64,000 bases of DNA from Candidatus Avelusimicrobium gallicola (GTDB lineage Bacteria; Elusimicrobiota; Elusimicrobia; Elusimicrobiales; UBA9959), in the NCBI GenBank assembly GCA_020722185.1, contig DYLH01000003.1:4377-68376 (forward strand), given 5' to 3'. Each line of letters begins with the position of its first letter. Position 1 is the first letter of the stretch. Made by a program: the position numbers and the translations under genes. Positions 27,033-35,600 of this stretch are shown one piece after another. The notes under the pieces are model-generated. The model made no database searches. It saw only the letters and a program-made list of their open reading frames with translations, and was not told the origin of the DNA.

Positions 27033-27290
27033 AGTTTTCTCCATTAAAACTCGCATTACCCACAAGCGCATGAGAGCGCCAATCACAGAAACTCAGTCAA
27101 ATTGAACTATGCTTTCTAATCACCGATTCAGACACTTAAACACCTGACAGGTATTTTTGCCACACTTTGCAGTGTTTGGGCGTCTGCAATTCTCTCTTCT
27201 CAACTTATTTTACATTTTTGTCATTGATAATTGAATTATTTTTTCTAATAATATAGATATGTCTTTTGGTTTTTTTACAAAGGAGACAAA

Positions 27291-28607
27291 ATGAAAAATG
27301 ATATTCTAATAAAGAACGCTCTTGTATGGAGCGAAGGGCGACTTCTCAAAGATCGCTTGATTTTCATATCGGAAGGGAAAATAAAAAAGATAGGCGCGCC
27401 CGGTTCAATCAAAGAAAAAGTTTCAAAAATCATAGATGCCGCAGGGAAAATAGTTCTCCCAGGATTTATAAACTCTCATATGCATTTTTACAGCACTTTC
27501 GCCCGCGGCATATACAATATAAAACCATCCACAAATTTCAATCAAGTCCTTGAAAATCTCTGGTGGAAACTGGACAAGAAACTGACGGATGAAGCAAATT
27601 ATTACAGTGCGCTTTTTCCATTAATAAATGCCATAAGGAAAGGTACAACCACATTTATAGATCATCAGGCAAGTCCATTTGCGATAAGAGGATCTCTTTC
27701 TAAAATAGAAAAAGCCGTCAGGGATACGGGGCTGAGAGCTTGTCTTTGTTATGAGGTTTCAGATAGAGATGGCTATGAAAAAGCCCAAGAGGGCATTGAG
27801 GAAAACATTGATTTTATAGAACGCGCGCAAAACAAGAAAGATAATTTTATAAAAGCTCTTTTTGGACTTCATGCTCAATTTACTATTTCAGATAAGACTC
27901 TTGAAAAAGCTTCCCATTACGGCAAAGAGTTAAACTGCGGCTTTCACATACACTGCGCTGAAGCCAAATCAGATCAAATAAACTGCCAAAAAAATCACAA
28001 GATGAGTGTGGTAAAGCGACTTAAAAAATTTAATATACTTGGCAATAAAACTATACTTGCTCATTGCGTTCATATAAGTGAAAAAGAAATGGACTTAATA
28101 AAAGAATCGCAGAGCGCAGTAGTCCACAATCCCCAGTCAAACGCAAACAATTCTGTGGGGATAGCCGACATAGTAAAAATGAGCAATAAGGGTATACTTC
28201 TTGGACTTGGCACAGACGCTATGACTGTAAATATGCTTGAAGAATTGAGAAGTGGATTATGGCTACAACATTTAAAAAACAATCCCTCAATGGGTTTTGT
28301 GGAAATCAGCAAAGCATTAATGGAAAATAATGCGAAAATAGCAAATAGATATTTTGAAAAAATAGGCATCATAAAGGAAGGATTTTGCGCGGATATAATT
28401 TTAATAGACTATTATCCACCCACACCCATTGAAACTGAAAATTTCTACGGCCATCTTATTTTTGGCATATCACAAAGCGAAGTTGACACCACAATAGTAA
28501 ATGGCAAGATCTTGATGGAAAATAAAAAGTTGAAAATAGGCATTGATGAAAGAGAGCTTTCAAAAGAATCTATAAAGTTATCTCGCTCAATCTGGAAAAA
28601 GCTCTAG
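27291..28607 (+). CDS. ssnA: SsnA-like aminohydrolase (amidohydrolase superfamily)
   Basis: VLPGFINSHMHFYSTFARG, HIHCAEA, AHCVH, LGTDAM. 438 aa. AAAGGAGA SD. Confidence 0.75.
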   Translation: MKNDILIKNALVWSEGRLLKDRLIFISEGKIKKIGAPGSIKEKVSKIIDAAGKIVLPGFINSHMHFYSTFARGIYNIKPSTNFNQVLENLWWKLDKKLTDEANYYSALFPLINAIRKGTTTFIDHQASPFAIRGSLSKIEKAVRDTGLRACLCYEVSDRDGYEKAQEGIEENIDFIERAQNKKDNFIKALFGLHAQFTISDKTLEKASHYGKELNCGFHIHCAEAKSDQINCQKNHKMSVVKRLKKFNILGNKTILAHCVHISEKEMDLIKESQSAVVHNPQSNANNSVGIADIVKMSNKGILLGLGTDAMTVNMLEELRSGLWLQHLKNNPSMGFVEISKALMENNAKIANRYFEKIGIIKEGFCADIILIDYYPPTPIETENFYGHLIFGISQSEVDTTIVNGKILMENKKLKIGIDERELSKESIKLSRSIWKKL

Positions 28608-28709
28608 AAGTAGTAAGCGGTGAAAAAGACATTACTCCGAAAGTTCAGAAGTTATATATAAAATTCCAACCTTTAAACTTAATATCTATGTCATTGTATT
28701 TTGAGAGGC

Positions 28710-30203
28710 TCAGTAATGTCTGAAATGCCTTAAATGTGTTAAAACCATAGATATGTTTCTCTTGTCGCAAAATTCTATACACTCTTCATCGGAAACAATG
28801 TTGCCGGGCTGAATTATAGCTGAAATATTAAAATAGGATAACTGCGATATAGATTTAAAATTCAAGGCTCCATTTGTGGCAAGGACAAATTTTTTGGATT
28901 CAAACACAGGACTTTTATATTTTAATTTTTCAACTAAAACCTTTATCGCGTCATACACAGAGGGCTGAGGCCCAGAAATAGCCAGAGTTGAATTTTCAGA
29001 AAATAAAACAGCAGAATATGCCCTTGAATATTTGGAAATCAAAGCCGCATAACTTAAATCTCTAACTTCTTCCATTAAAGGTTTTCTTTGAGTCACAATT
29101 TTATACTTGCTCATTATATCGGTATCATCCTTTTCTTCAATGGCAAACCCAGTTCCTAGATCAAAAAAATTCACATTGCCGGCTGTGGATATGAATACCG
29201 GCGTTTTTATGAGCTTTAAATCAGGCTTCTTTTTCAATATGTCGAGCGCGCTTTTTTGATAATCTGGAGCTGAAATGCATTCTATGTATTCTTCTGAAAT
29301 ATTTATAGCCGTTTTTTCATCAATTGACCTGTTAAAAGAGCATATGGCTGCATAGCTTCCCATTTTGTCGCTTTTCAGGGCTTTTTCAAAAGCTGATGAA
29401 ATTTTATCTGAGACTGAAAAAGCCACCAGATTACAATGTTTGGAAATAGCGCAGGCAGGCTCATTGACCGAAGAGAGCAATTCATTTAAAAGATAAAGGT
29501 CTAAATAGTGATTCAAGTTTAGGCATTCTCCTTTTATCAAGGAACTTTCAAAAACTCCCTTTTTATTACCAGAATCAAATGAATAAATTCCGGCCTTTTG
29601 ATGAGAATTTTCGCCATATTTTAGAGTCAAAAATTTTTCAAGTGGGAGGGCAATTTTTCTTTCTGAAAGTGAAATATTTTTAAACAAAGCTCTGGAAAGG
29701 CGCGCTTCATTATAGGCTAGAAGATTTAAAGCTTTTGATGCATAAAATTTTTTAATTTCTATGGGAATTTCTTCTCCGAAAATTTTTATTTTATCCATAA
29801 TAGCATCATAGTCTGAAATATCGGAGATTATTAGAATATTTTCATAGTGTTGAGCAGCAAATCTTATTAGATTGGCATTTTCCATGCCAAGAAATTCTAT
29901 TTTTTCGTCTATAATTTCTGGCAGATCAGATATTATTATGTCCGGGCTTTTTAAATAAAAATTTCCATAACTGTAATGCCCATTTTTTATGGCTTCTGTA
30001 ATGACAAGATGGATGCCACTTTTATCAACAATCTCATAGACATCTATGTTTTTCTTTTTAAGCTCTCTGGCGGAAGAACCATAGGCATATATTTCATAGT
30101 TTGATTTTTCAAGAAAAGACGCTATTTTCTCAAGATCTTTTTTTTCGTAAACACTTATGAAAGCTATTTTCTGCTTCATACCATTTCCCACTGCTCTATT
30201 CAT
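28710..30203 (-). CDS. Divergent PurH-like protein (MGS-like plus AICARFT/IMPCHase fold with many catalytic motifs substituted)
   Basis: Collinear with PurH (ISVYEKKD; LKYGENSHQKAG; SKHCN; IIQPGN; LTHLRHFRH) but lacks DGRVKTLHP, NPCG, KSNAI, GAGQMSRV and SDAFFPF. Alternative start at ATG 30179. Confidence 0.7.
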   Translation of the reverse strand: MNRAVGNGMKQKIAFISVYEKKDLEKIASFLEKSNYEIYAYGSSARELKKKNIDVYEIVDKSGIHLVITEAIKNGHYSYGNFYLKSPDIIISDLPEIIDEKIEFLGMENANLIRFAAQHYENILIISDISDYDAIMDKIKIFGEEIPIEIKKFYASKALNLLAYNEARLSRALFKNISLSERKIALPLEKFLTLKYGENSHQKAGIYSFDSGNKKGVFESSLIKGECLNLNHYLDLYLLNELLSSVNEPACAISKHCNLVAFSVSDKISSAFEKALKSDKMGSYAAICSFNRSIDEKTAINISEEYIECISAPDYQKSALDILKKKPDLKLIKTPVFISTAGNVNFFDLGTGFAIEEKDDTDIMSKYKIVTQRKPLMEEVRDLSYAALISKYSRAYSAVLFSENSTLAISGPQPSVYDAIKVLVEKLKYKSPVFESKKFVLATNGALNFKSISQLSYFNISAIIQPGNIVSDEECIEFCDKRNISMVLTHLRHFRHY

Positions 30204-32205
30204 CGCCTTCCATAGATATTAGTTTCATAAATTCTTCTTCATTTATTATTTTTATTCCAAGTTTTTTGGCTTTTTCAAATTTAGACCCCGGATTTTCACC
30301 CACCACGACATAGGAAGTCTTAGCAGATACGCTGGAGCTTTCTTTTCCGCCAAGAGATATAACTTTTTCGCCAGCCTGCTGGCGAGTCATAGATTTTAGT
30401 TCTCCTGTAAATACAAAGGTCATACCTTTCAGTTTTCTATTCTCTGACTGATTGGAGATATAACTCATATTGAGACCCATCTCTTTGAGCTTTAAAATTA
30501 AATTTTTGACACTTTCCTGAGAAAAAAATTTCACTATAGAATCAGCTATGATAGGGCCAACTTCTTCTATAGATGAGAGATTTTCAAATGAAGCTAAAAT
30601 CAAATTATCCATATTGAAAAATCTCTCTGCCAGTATAAGTGAAAGTTTTTCTCCAACATGTCTTATTCCAAGCCCAAAGATCAATTTGTCCAAATTTCTC
30701 TTTTTGCTTTCTTGAATCTCTTTCAGAATATTTTCAGCTTTTTTGTCTTTAAATAAAGGCAAAGTCAATAAATCCTCTTTTGTAAGATTGTAAATATCTG
30801 AAAAACTCAAAACCATTTTTCTATCTACTAAAATATTTATTATGCTTTCGCCAAGCCCCTCTATATTCATTGCGGCGCGAGAAGCAAAATGAAACAGAGC
30901 TCTCTTAATTTGAGCGGGACAGGATGGATTGATACATCTTAAAGCCACTTCATCTTGCGATTTATATACTCTAGAATTACACGAAGGACAAAACTCTGGT
31001 TCTTTTATTTCTATTTCCCCACCCTGTCTTTCCTCTTTTAGGACTCTTACAACTTTTGGTATGACCTCACCTGCCCTTTCAATTAAAACTATATCGCCTA
31101 TTTTCAAATTCAATCTTTTTACTTCGTCAAAATTATGCAAAGTTGAATTGGAAATTATTACACCGCCACATTTAACTGGTTCTAGTTCAGCTACGGGGGT
31201 TATAATCCCTGTTCTCCCAACTGAAAAACTTACATTTTTAACTTTTGTTTTAACTTGCTGGGCGGGATATTTGAAGGCAATGGCCCATCTTGGACTTTTG
31301 GCGGTAAAGCCAAGAGTATTTCTAAGTGAAGCTGAATCCACTTTGACTACAAGTCCGTCTATCTCGTATGGAAGTTCAAATCTCTTTGTTTCATATTCTA
31401 TGTAAAAAGAAATTATCTCATCTAAATTTTTACAAATCTTTCTAACTTTTGTAACTGGGAAACCAAGTTTTTGACAAAATTCAAGATATTCCCAATGTGA
31501 GGAAGGGATGTCAATTCCACGACAAGAGCCGCTTGAATGAACAAAAAACTTGAGACCTCTTTGAGCTGTAATTTCTGGAGATTTCTGCCTTAGCGATCCC
31601 GCCGCGGCATTCCTTGGATTGGCAAAGAGGGGCAAAGAAGAATTTGACTGCAAGGAATTGATTCGCTCAAATTCTTTTTTGTCCATATATACCTCGCCTC
31701 TAACTTCCAGATATGATCCCTTTGCAAGAGGTATAGATAAAGGAATACAATTAATAGTTCTAACATTGGCTGTTACATCTTCTCCAATCTTTCCATCCCC
31801 GCGCGTGGATGCCCTGAAAAATAAGCCGTCTTTGTATTCAATGGAGCAAGACAAACCGTCTATTTTTGCCTCAATAACGCAATCAAAATTCCCTATATTA
31901 GACAATATTCTTTCATACCATTTGGAAAACTCTTCCGGCGAATAGCAATTGTCAAGCGAAAGCATGGATATTTCATGCCCCACAGGAGAAAAATTTGAGA
32001 CTGCAATACCGCCGACTCTGGATGTTGGGGAATCAGGACTTACAAGGGAAGGGAATTGCGCTTCAAGAGATTTAAGCCTGTTCATGAGAGCATCAAATTC
32101 CGCATCAGTTATCTCTGGCGCGTCAAGAACATAATAGAGGCGCTCATGTTTTTTTATAAGCTCTCTGAGAGAATTTATTTCAGACGCAGCTTCTTTTTCT
32201 GTCAT
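30196..32205 (-). CDS. ligA: NAD-dependent DNA ligase
   Basis: 669 aa. Adenylation motif EAKIDGLS, Zn finger CPSCNS...C..C, HhH and BRCT regions. Confidence 0.97.
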   Translation of the reverse strand: MTEKEAASEINSLRELIKKHERLYYVLDAPEITDAEFDALMNRLKSLEAQFPSLVSPDSPTSRVGGIAVSNFSPVGHEISMLSLDNCYSPEEFSKWYERILSNIGNFDCVIEAKIDGLSCSIEYKDGLFFRASTRGDGKIGEDVTANVRTINCIPLSIPLAKGSYLEVRGEVYMDKKEFERINSLQSNSSLPLFANPRNAAAGSLRQKSPEITAQRGLKFFVHSSGSCRGIDIPSSHWEYLEFCQKLGFPVTKVRKICKNLDEIISFYIEYETKRFELPYEIDGLVVKVDSASLRNTLGFTAKSPRWAIAFKYPAQQVKTKVKNVSFSVGRTGIITPVAELEPVKCGGVIISNSTLHNFDEVKRLNLKIGDIVLIERAGEVIPKVVRVLKEERQGGEIEIKEPEFCPSCNSRVYKSQDEVALRCINPSCPAQIKRALFHFASRAAMNIEGLGESIINILVDRKMVLSFSDIYNLTKEDLLTLPLFKDKKAENILKEIQESKKRNLDKLIFGLGIRHVGEKLSLILAERFFNMDNLILASFENLSSIEEVGPIIADSIVKFFSQESVKNLILKLKEMGLNMSYISNQSENRKLKGMTFVFTGELKSMTRQQAGEKVISLGGKESSSVSAKTSYVVVGENPGSKFEKAKKLGIKIINEEEFMKLISMEGDE

Positions 32206-32639
32206 TTTAACTTGGCAAGATTTGCTACAGTATCTAAAACCCCGTTTATAAATCTGGGACCTTTTTCTTCATCTGGAGAGTAATACTTAGCTATTTCTAT
32301 AGCTTCATTTATTATTATAGGGACAGAGGCATGTTTAAGCACTGTCATTTCGCAGGTAGCCATTCTCAATATTGCTCTATCTATCGCATAAAGGCGAGAA
32401 GTATCCCAACGCTTTGAAGCATCAGAAATAGTTTCATCTACAAATTTTATATTTGTTACTGTTTTTTTGACAAGATCTTCGTAAAAAGAATATACCTTTT
32501 CTTCAGACATAACCCCCATATTATCCTGATATTTGATATACCCATCAAGTATGTCTTCTAAAGAGAATTTCCCGACATCGTATAGATACAGGGAAACCAT
32601 GCAGTGTATTCTAGCTATTCTTCTTTTTGAAAAATTCAT
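32202..32639 (-). CDS. nusB: Transcription antitermination factor NusB
   Basis: RRIARIHCMVSLYLYD...DRAILRMATCEM...IINEAIEIAKYY...FINGVLD. Start at ATG 32639 preferred because a TGcTATAAT promoter lies at 32679-32687; the ORF-track start is 32675. Confidence 0.88.
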   Translation of the reverse strand: MNFSKRRIARIHCMVSLYLYDVGKFSLEDILDGYIKYQDNMGVMSEEKVYSFYEDLVKKTVTNIKFVDETISDASKRWDTSRLYAIDRAILRMATCEMTVLKHASVPIIINEAIEIAKYYSPDEEKGPRFINGVLDTVANLAKLK

Positions 32640-32678
32640 TTCAATGACCTTGTTATAAATACCAACACTTCTCATTTA

Positions 32679-32687
32679 ATTATAGCA
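32679..32687 (-). promoter_or_regulatory. Extended -10 promoter element TGcTATAAT for nusB-ligA
   Basis: Exact TGnTATAAT on the minus strand in the divergent spacer. Confidence 0.5.
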
Positions 32688-32723
32688 AAAATCAAAGGTA
32701 TAACTGCAAAATATCCATATGTT

Positions 32724-32752
32724 TTGACTTTTGTATAAATTTACGCTAAAAT
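32724..32752 (+). promoter_or_regulatory. Sigma-70-type promoter TTGACT-17 nt-TAAAAT for the cyclophilin gene
   Basis: Read directly. The -10 ends 6 nt before the ATG at 32759 and there is no SD, so the transcript is probably leaderless. Confidence 0.55.
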
Positions 32753-32758
32753 TTTTCA

Positions 32759-33448
32759 ATGGACAAAAAATACTTTCTTGTTCTTTCATTAATACTCCCC
32801 CTCGCTTGCCAAACACAAAAAAGCGTTGGAGAAGCGACGACTGAGGTCTCGCTAAACCTAAAGGAGATAAAACCTGATATGGAAAAACTTATTAATCCGG
32901 AAAAAGCAAATGAGAAAGCCCCAGAGAAATTCCAGGTAGAGTTTAAAACAACCAAAGGCAATTTTACTATAGAGGTTCAAAGGGCATGGTCGCCAAATGG
33001 AGCTGACAGATTTTTCAACCTCGTAAAGGCCGGTTTTTTTAATGATATAGCTTTTTTTAGAGTACTCGACGGCTTTGTAGCCCAATTTGGAATACATGGC
33101 AATCCAGAGGTAAGCGCTGTGTGGAGAAATCAAAATATACCAGATGATCCTGTTATTGAATCAAATCTAAAAGGCACAATCAGTTTCGCCACAGCGGGAC
33201 CAAATACCAGAACAACTCAGTTTTTTATAAATTACGCTGACAATACACGACTTGACGATATGGGTTTTTCCCCATTTGGAAAAGTTGTCAAAGGCATGGA
33301 AGTTGTGGAAAAGCTTTATTCTGGATATGGGGAAGGCGCGCCCAATGGAGATGGGCCGAATCAAGGACAGATACAGATGTCCGGGAATCAGTACCTAAAA
33401 TCTGAATTTCCAAAACTTGACTATATAATATCAGCATCGATATTATAA
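32759..33448 (+). CDS. Cyclophilin-type peptidyl-prolyl cis-trans isomerase, lipoprotein
   Basis: Lipobox LILPLAC. Cyclophilin core (FFNDIAFFRVLDGFVAQFG, TTQFFINY). Confidence 0.92.
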   Translation: MDKKYFLVLSLILPLACQTQKSVGEATTEVSLNLKEIKPDMEKLINPEKANEKAPEKFQVEFKTTKGNFTIEVQRAWSPNGADRFFNLVKAGFFNDIAFFRVLDGFVAQFGIHGNPEVSAVWRNQNIPDDPVIESNLKGTISFATAGPNTRTTQFFINYADNTRLDDMGFSPFGKVVKGMEVVEKLYSGYGEGAPNGDGPNQGQIQMSGNQYLKSEFPKLDYIISASIL

Positions 33449-33465
33449 ACATTGATTGGGAAATA

Positions 33466-33495
33466 AATAAGCCCCGCTTTTAAGCGGGGCTTATT
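33466..33495. terminator. Bidirectional rho-independent terminator
   Basis: AATAAGCCCCGC-TTTTAA-GCGGGGCTTATT. 12-bp stem with a GC core, flanked by A/T runs, between convergent genes. Confidence 0.85.
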
Positions 33496-33511
33496 ATTTG
33501 AATTCTTATTT

Positions 33512-35149
33512 TTATGGAACTCTGTTTAGATGAGCAAAAAAGTACTTTTCTATTATGGAAGAAAACCAGCTCTGTTGAGGAACTAGCTGTTTTTCACTGG
33601 TTATTTTGACTGCTTGCGTATCTATATCTTTCTCAAAAACTCTGTCAAGATATGAAGCTGCTTCTTTATCTACGATATTGGCATTCAACTCGCTATCATA
33701 TCTCTCTCCTCTTGGATGAAGATTGTAAGAACCTATTGAAACAAATGTTCCATCTACAATCATAAATTTTGAATGCAGTGTATCTCCTTTCTTCAAATAT
33801 ATAGAAGCTCCAGCTTTGAAAAGAGGCAACATACTTTTCATTGATATATCACTGACAGATTTAGCTTCGGGATCTATGCTATCTTTGGAGTTTGTGAATA
33901 TATTTACTTCAACACCTCTGCTTCTTGCTTCAAGAAGAGCTTGAGTGAGAGCTGGTATCGGAACAAAATAGGCGTTTTCTATATTTATTTTCTTATTTGC
34001 GCCTCTTATTGCCTTTATTATTGAGGCGATGATATCTGTGCCCTGAGCTATTGGAGGATTTGAATATGAAAAAGACACCATAGCATTTCCAATCTGAGAA
34101 TTTGAGGTAATTATAGATTCAATTTTTTTGTAGTGTAGAGAGTTTTTCTCAACTTCCAAATTCCATATTTTCGAAAAAAATTCCCCCGCTTTTGAGACAG
34201 CAGGACCCATTATTAAAACATCTGTATCCCTCCATTTAAGACCATTCGGATCTTTGTGTGAATAAGGATCGCCAAAATTCATTCCTCCCATTATCACATA
34301 CTGACCATCAATCACTATCATTTTTACATGCCATATGTCGGCGCCACGTCCCTTTTCCCTGAACTTAATAATCTCAAGCCCAGCTTCTTCCATTCTCTTT
34401 ACCACTGAAACACCATGGCTGTTTATTACTTTTGCATCGAGGATTATTTTGACATCTACCCCCTGTTTTTTCTTTTCAACAAGCATGTTTAAAGCATCTT
34501 CGCCAGTTATGTCATCGTAAAAAGCCCATGTGGTTATATAAACGCTTTTTTTAGCGTTCTTTATTAGATAATCCTTGTACTTGAAAGATTCCTCCCCATC
34601 TACAAGAAACTTTATGCTATTGCCTGAAGTAAATGCTGACCCAGCAACCTTTTCCAATTCACTTAAAAAACCGCTAGATTCAAAAAGAGTTCTCTCTGAA
34701 GGATTGCCTGGCTTAAATTGTGTAGAATTTGTTCTTGCCAGAAGATTTTTAGAAATATCCTCAAACGATGGAGCCCCGCTTGAAAAGAATCCAGAATCTG
34801 CTATTTGCGCGCCGATTGTATTCCATATAGTTAAAACATATCCCCAATAGATATTGGCCTCTTCTGAAGTAGATAGGACAGGTGGTTTTGGGAAATTATT
34901 TGAATTGAGCGAAGGCTCCGGTATTGGAATATGTTTGGTTTTATCGACAAAAATATTAGAATCTAAAACAGGAGAAGGAAGATTCATTTCGGAAGAATAA
35001 TTTTTGGATGCAGGAAAATCTTCGTAAACGGAAACACCCATAGCTTCAGCTGTTTTCTTTATTCTAGTCTCTATATCCGCTTTTGGCTGAGCATGGGAAG
35101 TTGAGATTACTGATAAGATTATGGAAATGAACAATATGTTTTTTATCAT
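33512..35149 (-). CDS. Exported phospholipase D-family protein (two HKD motifs; cardiolipin-synthase-like fold)
   Basis: HVKMIVIDGQYVIMGGMNFGD and HSKFMIVDGTFVSIGSYNL. Signal peptide MIKNILFISIILSVISTSHA. Confidence 0.85.
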   Translation of the reverse strand: MIKNILFISIILSVISTSHAQPKADIETRIKKTAEAMGVSVYEDFPASKNYSSEMNLPSPVLDSNIFVDKTKHIPIPEPSLNSNNFPKPPVLSTSEEANIYWGYVLTIWNTIGAQIADSGFFSSGAPSFEDISKNLLARTNSTQFKPGNPSERTLFESSGFLSELEKVAGSAFTSGNSIKFLVDGEESFKYKDYLIKNAKKSVYITTWAFYDDITGEDALNMLVEKKKQGVDVKIILDAKVINSHGVSVVKRMEEAGLEIIKFREKGRGADIWHVKMIVIDGQYVIMGGMNFGDPYSHKDPNGLKWRDTDVLIMGPAVSKAGEFFSKIWNLEVEKNSLHYKKIESIITSNSQIGNAMVSFSYSNPPIAQGTDIIASIIKAIRGANKKINIENAYFVPIPALTQALLEARSRGVEVNIFTNSKDSIDPEAKSVSDISMKSMLPLFKAGASIYLKKGDTLHSKFMIVDGTFVSIGSYNLHPRGERYDSELNANIVDKEAASYLDRVFEKDIDTQAVKITSEKQLVPQQSWFSSIIEKYFFAHLNRVP

Positions 35150-35172
35150 AGTTTAAATTATATTAGTGAAAA

Positions 35173-35199
35173 AGGATTTTCAAAAGTGTCAAAAATCCT
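35173..35199 (-). terminator. Weak hairpin AGGATTTT-N11-AAAATCCT plus TTTT downstream of the 99-aa gene
   Basis: 8-bp AT-rich stem read directly. A TTGACA hexamer lies in the loop. Confidence 0.3.
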
Positions 35200-35276
35200 A
35201 TTTTTATTTGATTATTTGGACGATTTTTTATAGGACCTTAGACCCGCCACCTCAGGAGAGCATATTTCATTGACAC

Positions 35277-35576
35277 CTAATCTAGATCTAGCGGATTTAT
35301 GGGCTTGGATTTGTCCCCAGATTCTTCTATCTTTTTCTTATTTTCATCAAATTTCTTTTCCAGATCTTTCTGCCTTTCCTTAAGGTCATTTTGCGCGCTA
35401 TCGAAATAGCCATTGAGTTTTTCTTTTTCACTCTTCATTTTTTTCATCATTTCCTTTATTGGATCCGCTGTTTTTATATCTGGTTTTTCATAATGTTTAA
35501 TGACCTTGCCAGTTTTCCTATCTATCTCAATTCTCAATCCGCATTTAGGACAATCTATAAGAAAAGTTTCAGACAT
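35277..35576 (-). CDS. Hypothetical small protein: N-terminal CxxC knuckle plus Lys/Glu-rich coiled-coil tail
   Basis: 99 aa. DCPKCGLRIEID, then KEMMKKMKSEKEKL...KDLEKKFDENKKKIEE. Co-directional with the que genes. Confidence 0.5.
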   Translation of the reverse strand: MSETFLIDCPKCGLRIEIDRKTGKVIKHYEKPDIKTADPIKEMMKKMKSEKEKLNGYFDSAQNDLKERQKDLEKKFDENKKKIEESGDKSKPINPLDLD

Positions 35577-35600
35577 ACAATTCTCCTGTTTTCTAATTCC

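Noticed and set aside
5769-27070. Recurring AAGCGC core in intergenic regions of the purine cluster (5769-5782, 11760-11767 AAGCGCTT, 22498-22506 CTTAAGCGC, 27063-27069) as a shared operator
   Set aside because: The same hexamer or nonamer also occurs inside coding sequence (for example 1811-1816, 8920-8925 and CTTAAGCGC at 60770-60778). My rough expectation for a genome of about 37% GC is around 15 copies per 64 kb on both strands, so enrichment cannot be claimed without a proper count.
27033-27290. Purine/xanthine riboswitch in the leader of the DPD-like operon
   Set aside because: I could not recognise the conserved three-way-junction purine-riboswitch core or any other consensus from memory; only short generic hairpins are present. 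Left as an unexplained long leader pending an Rfam scan.
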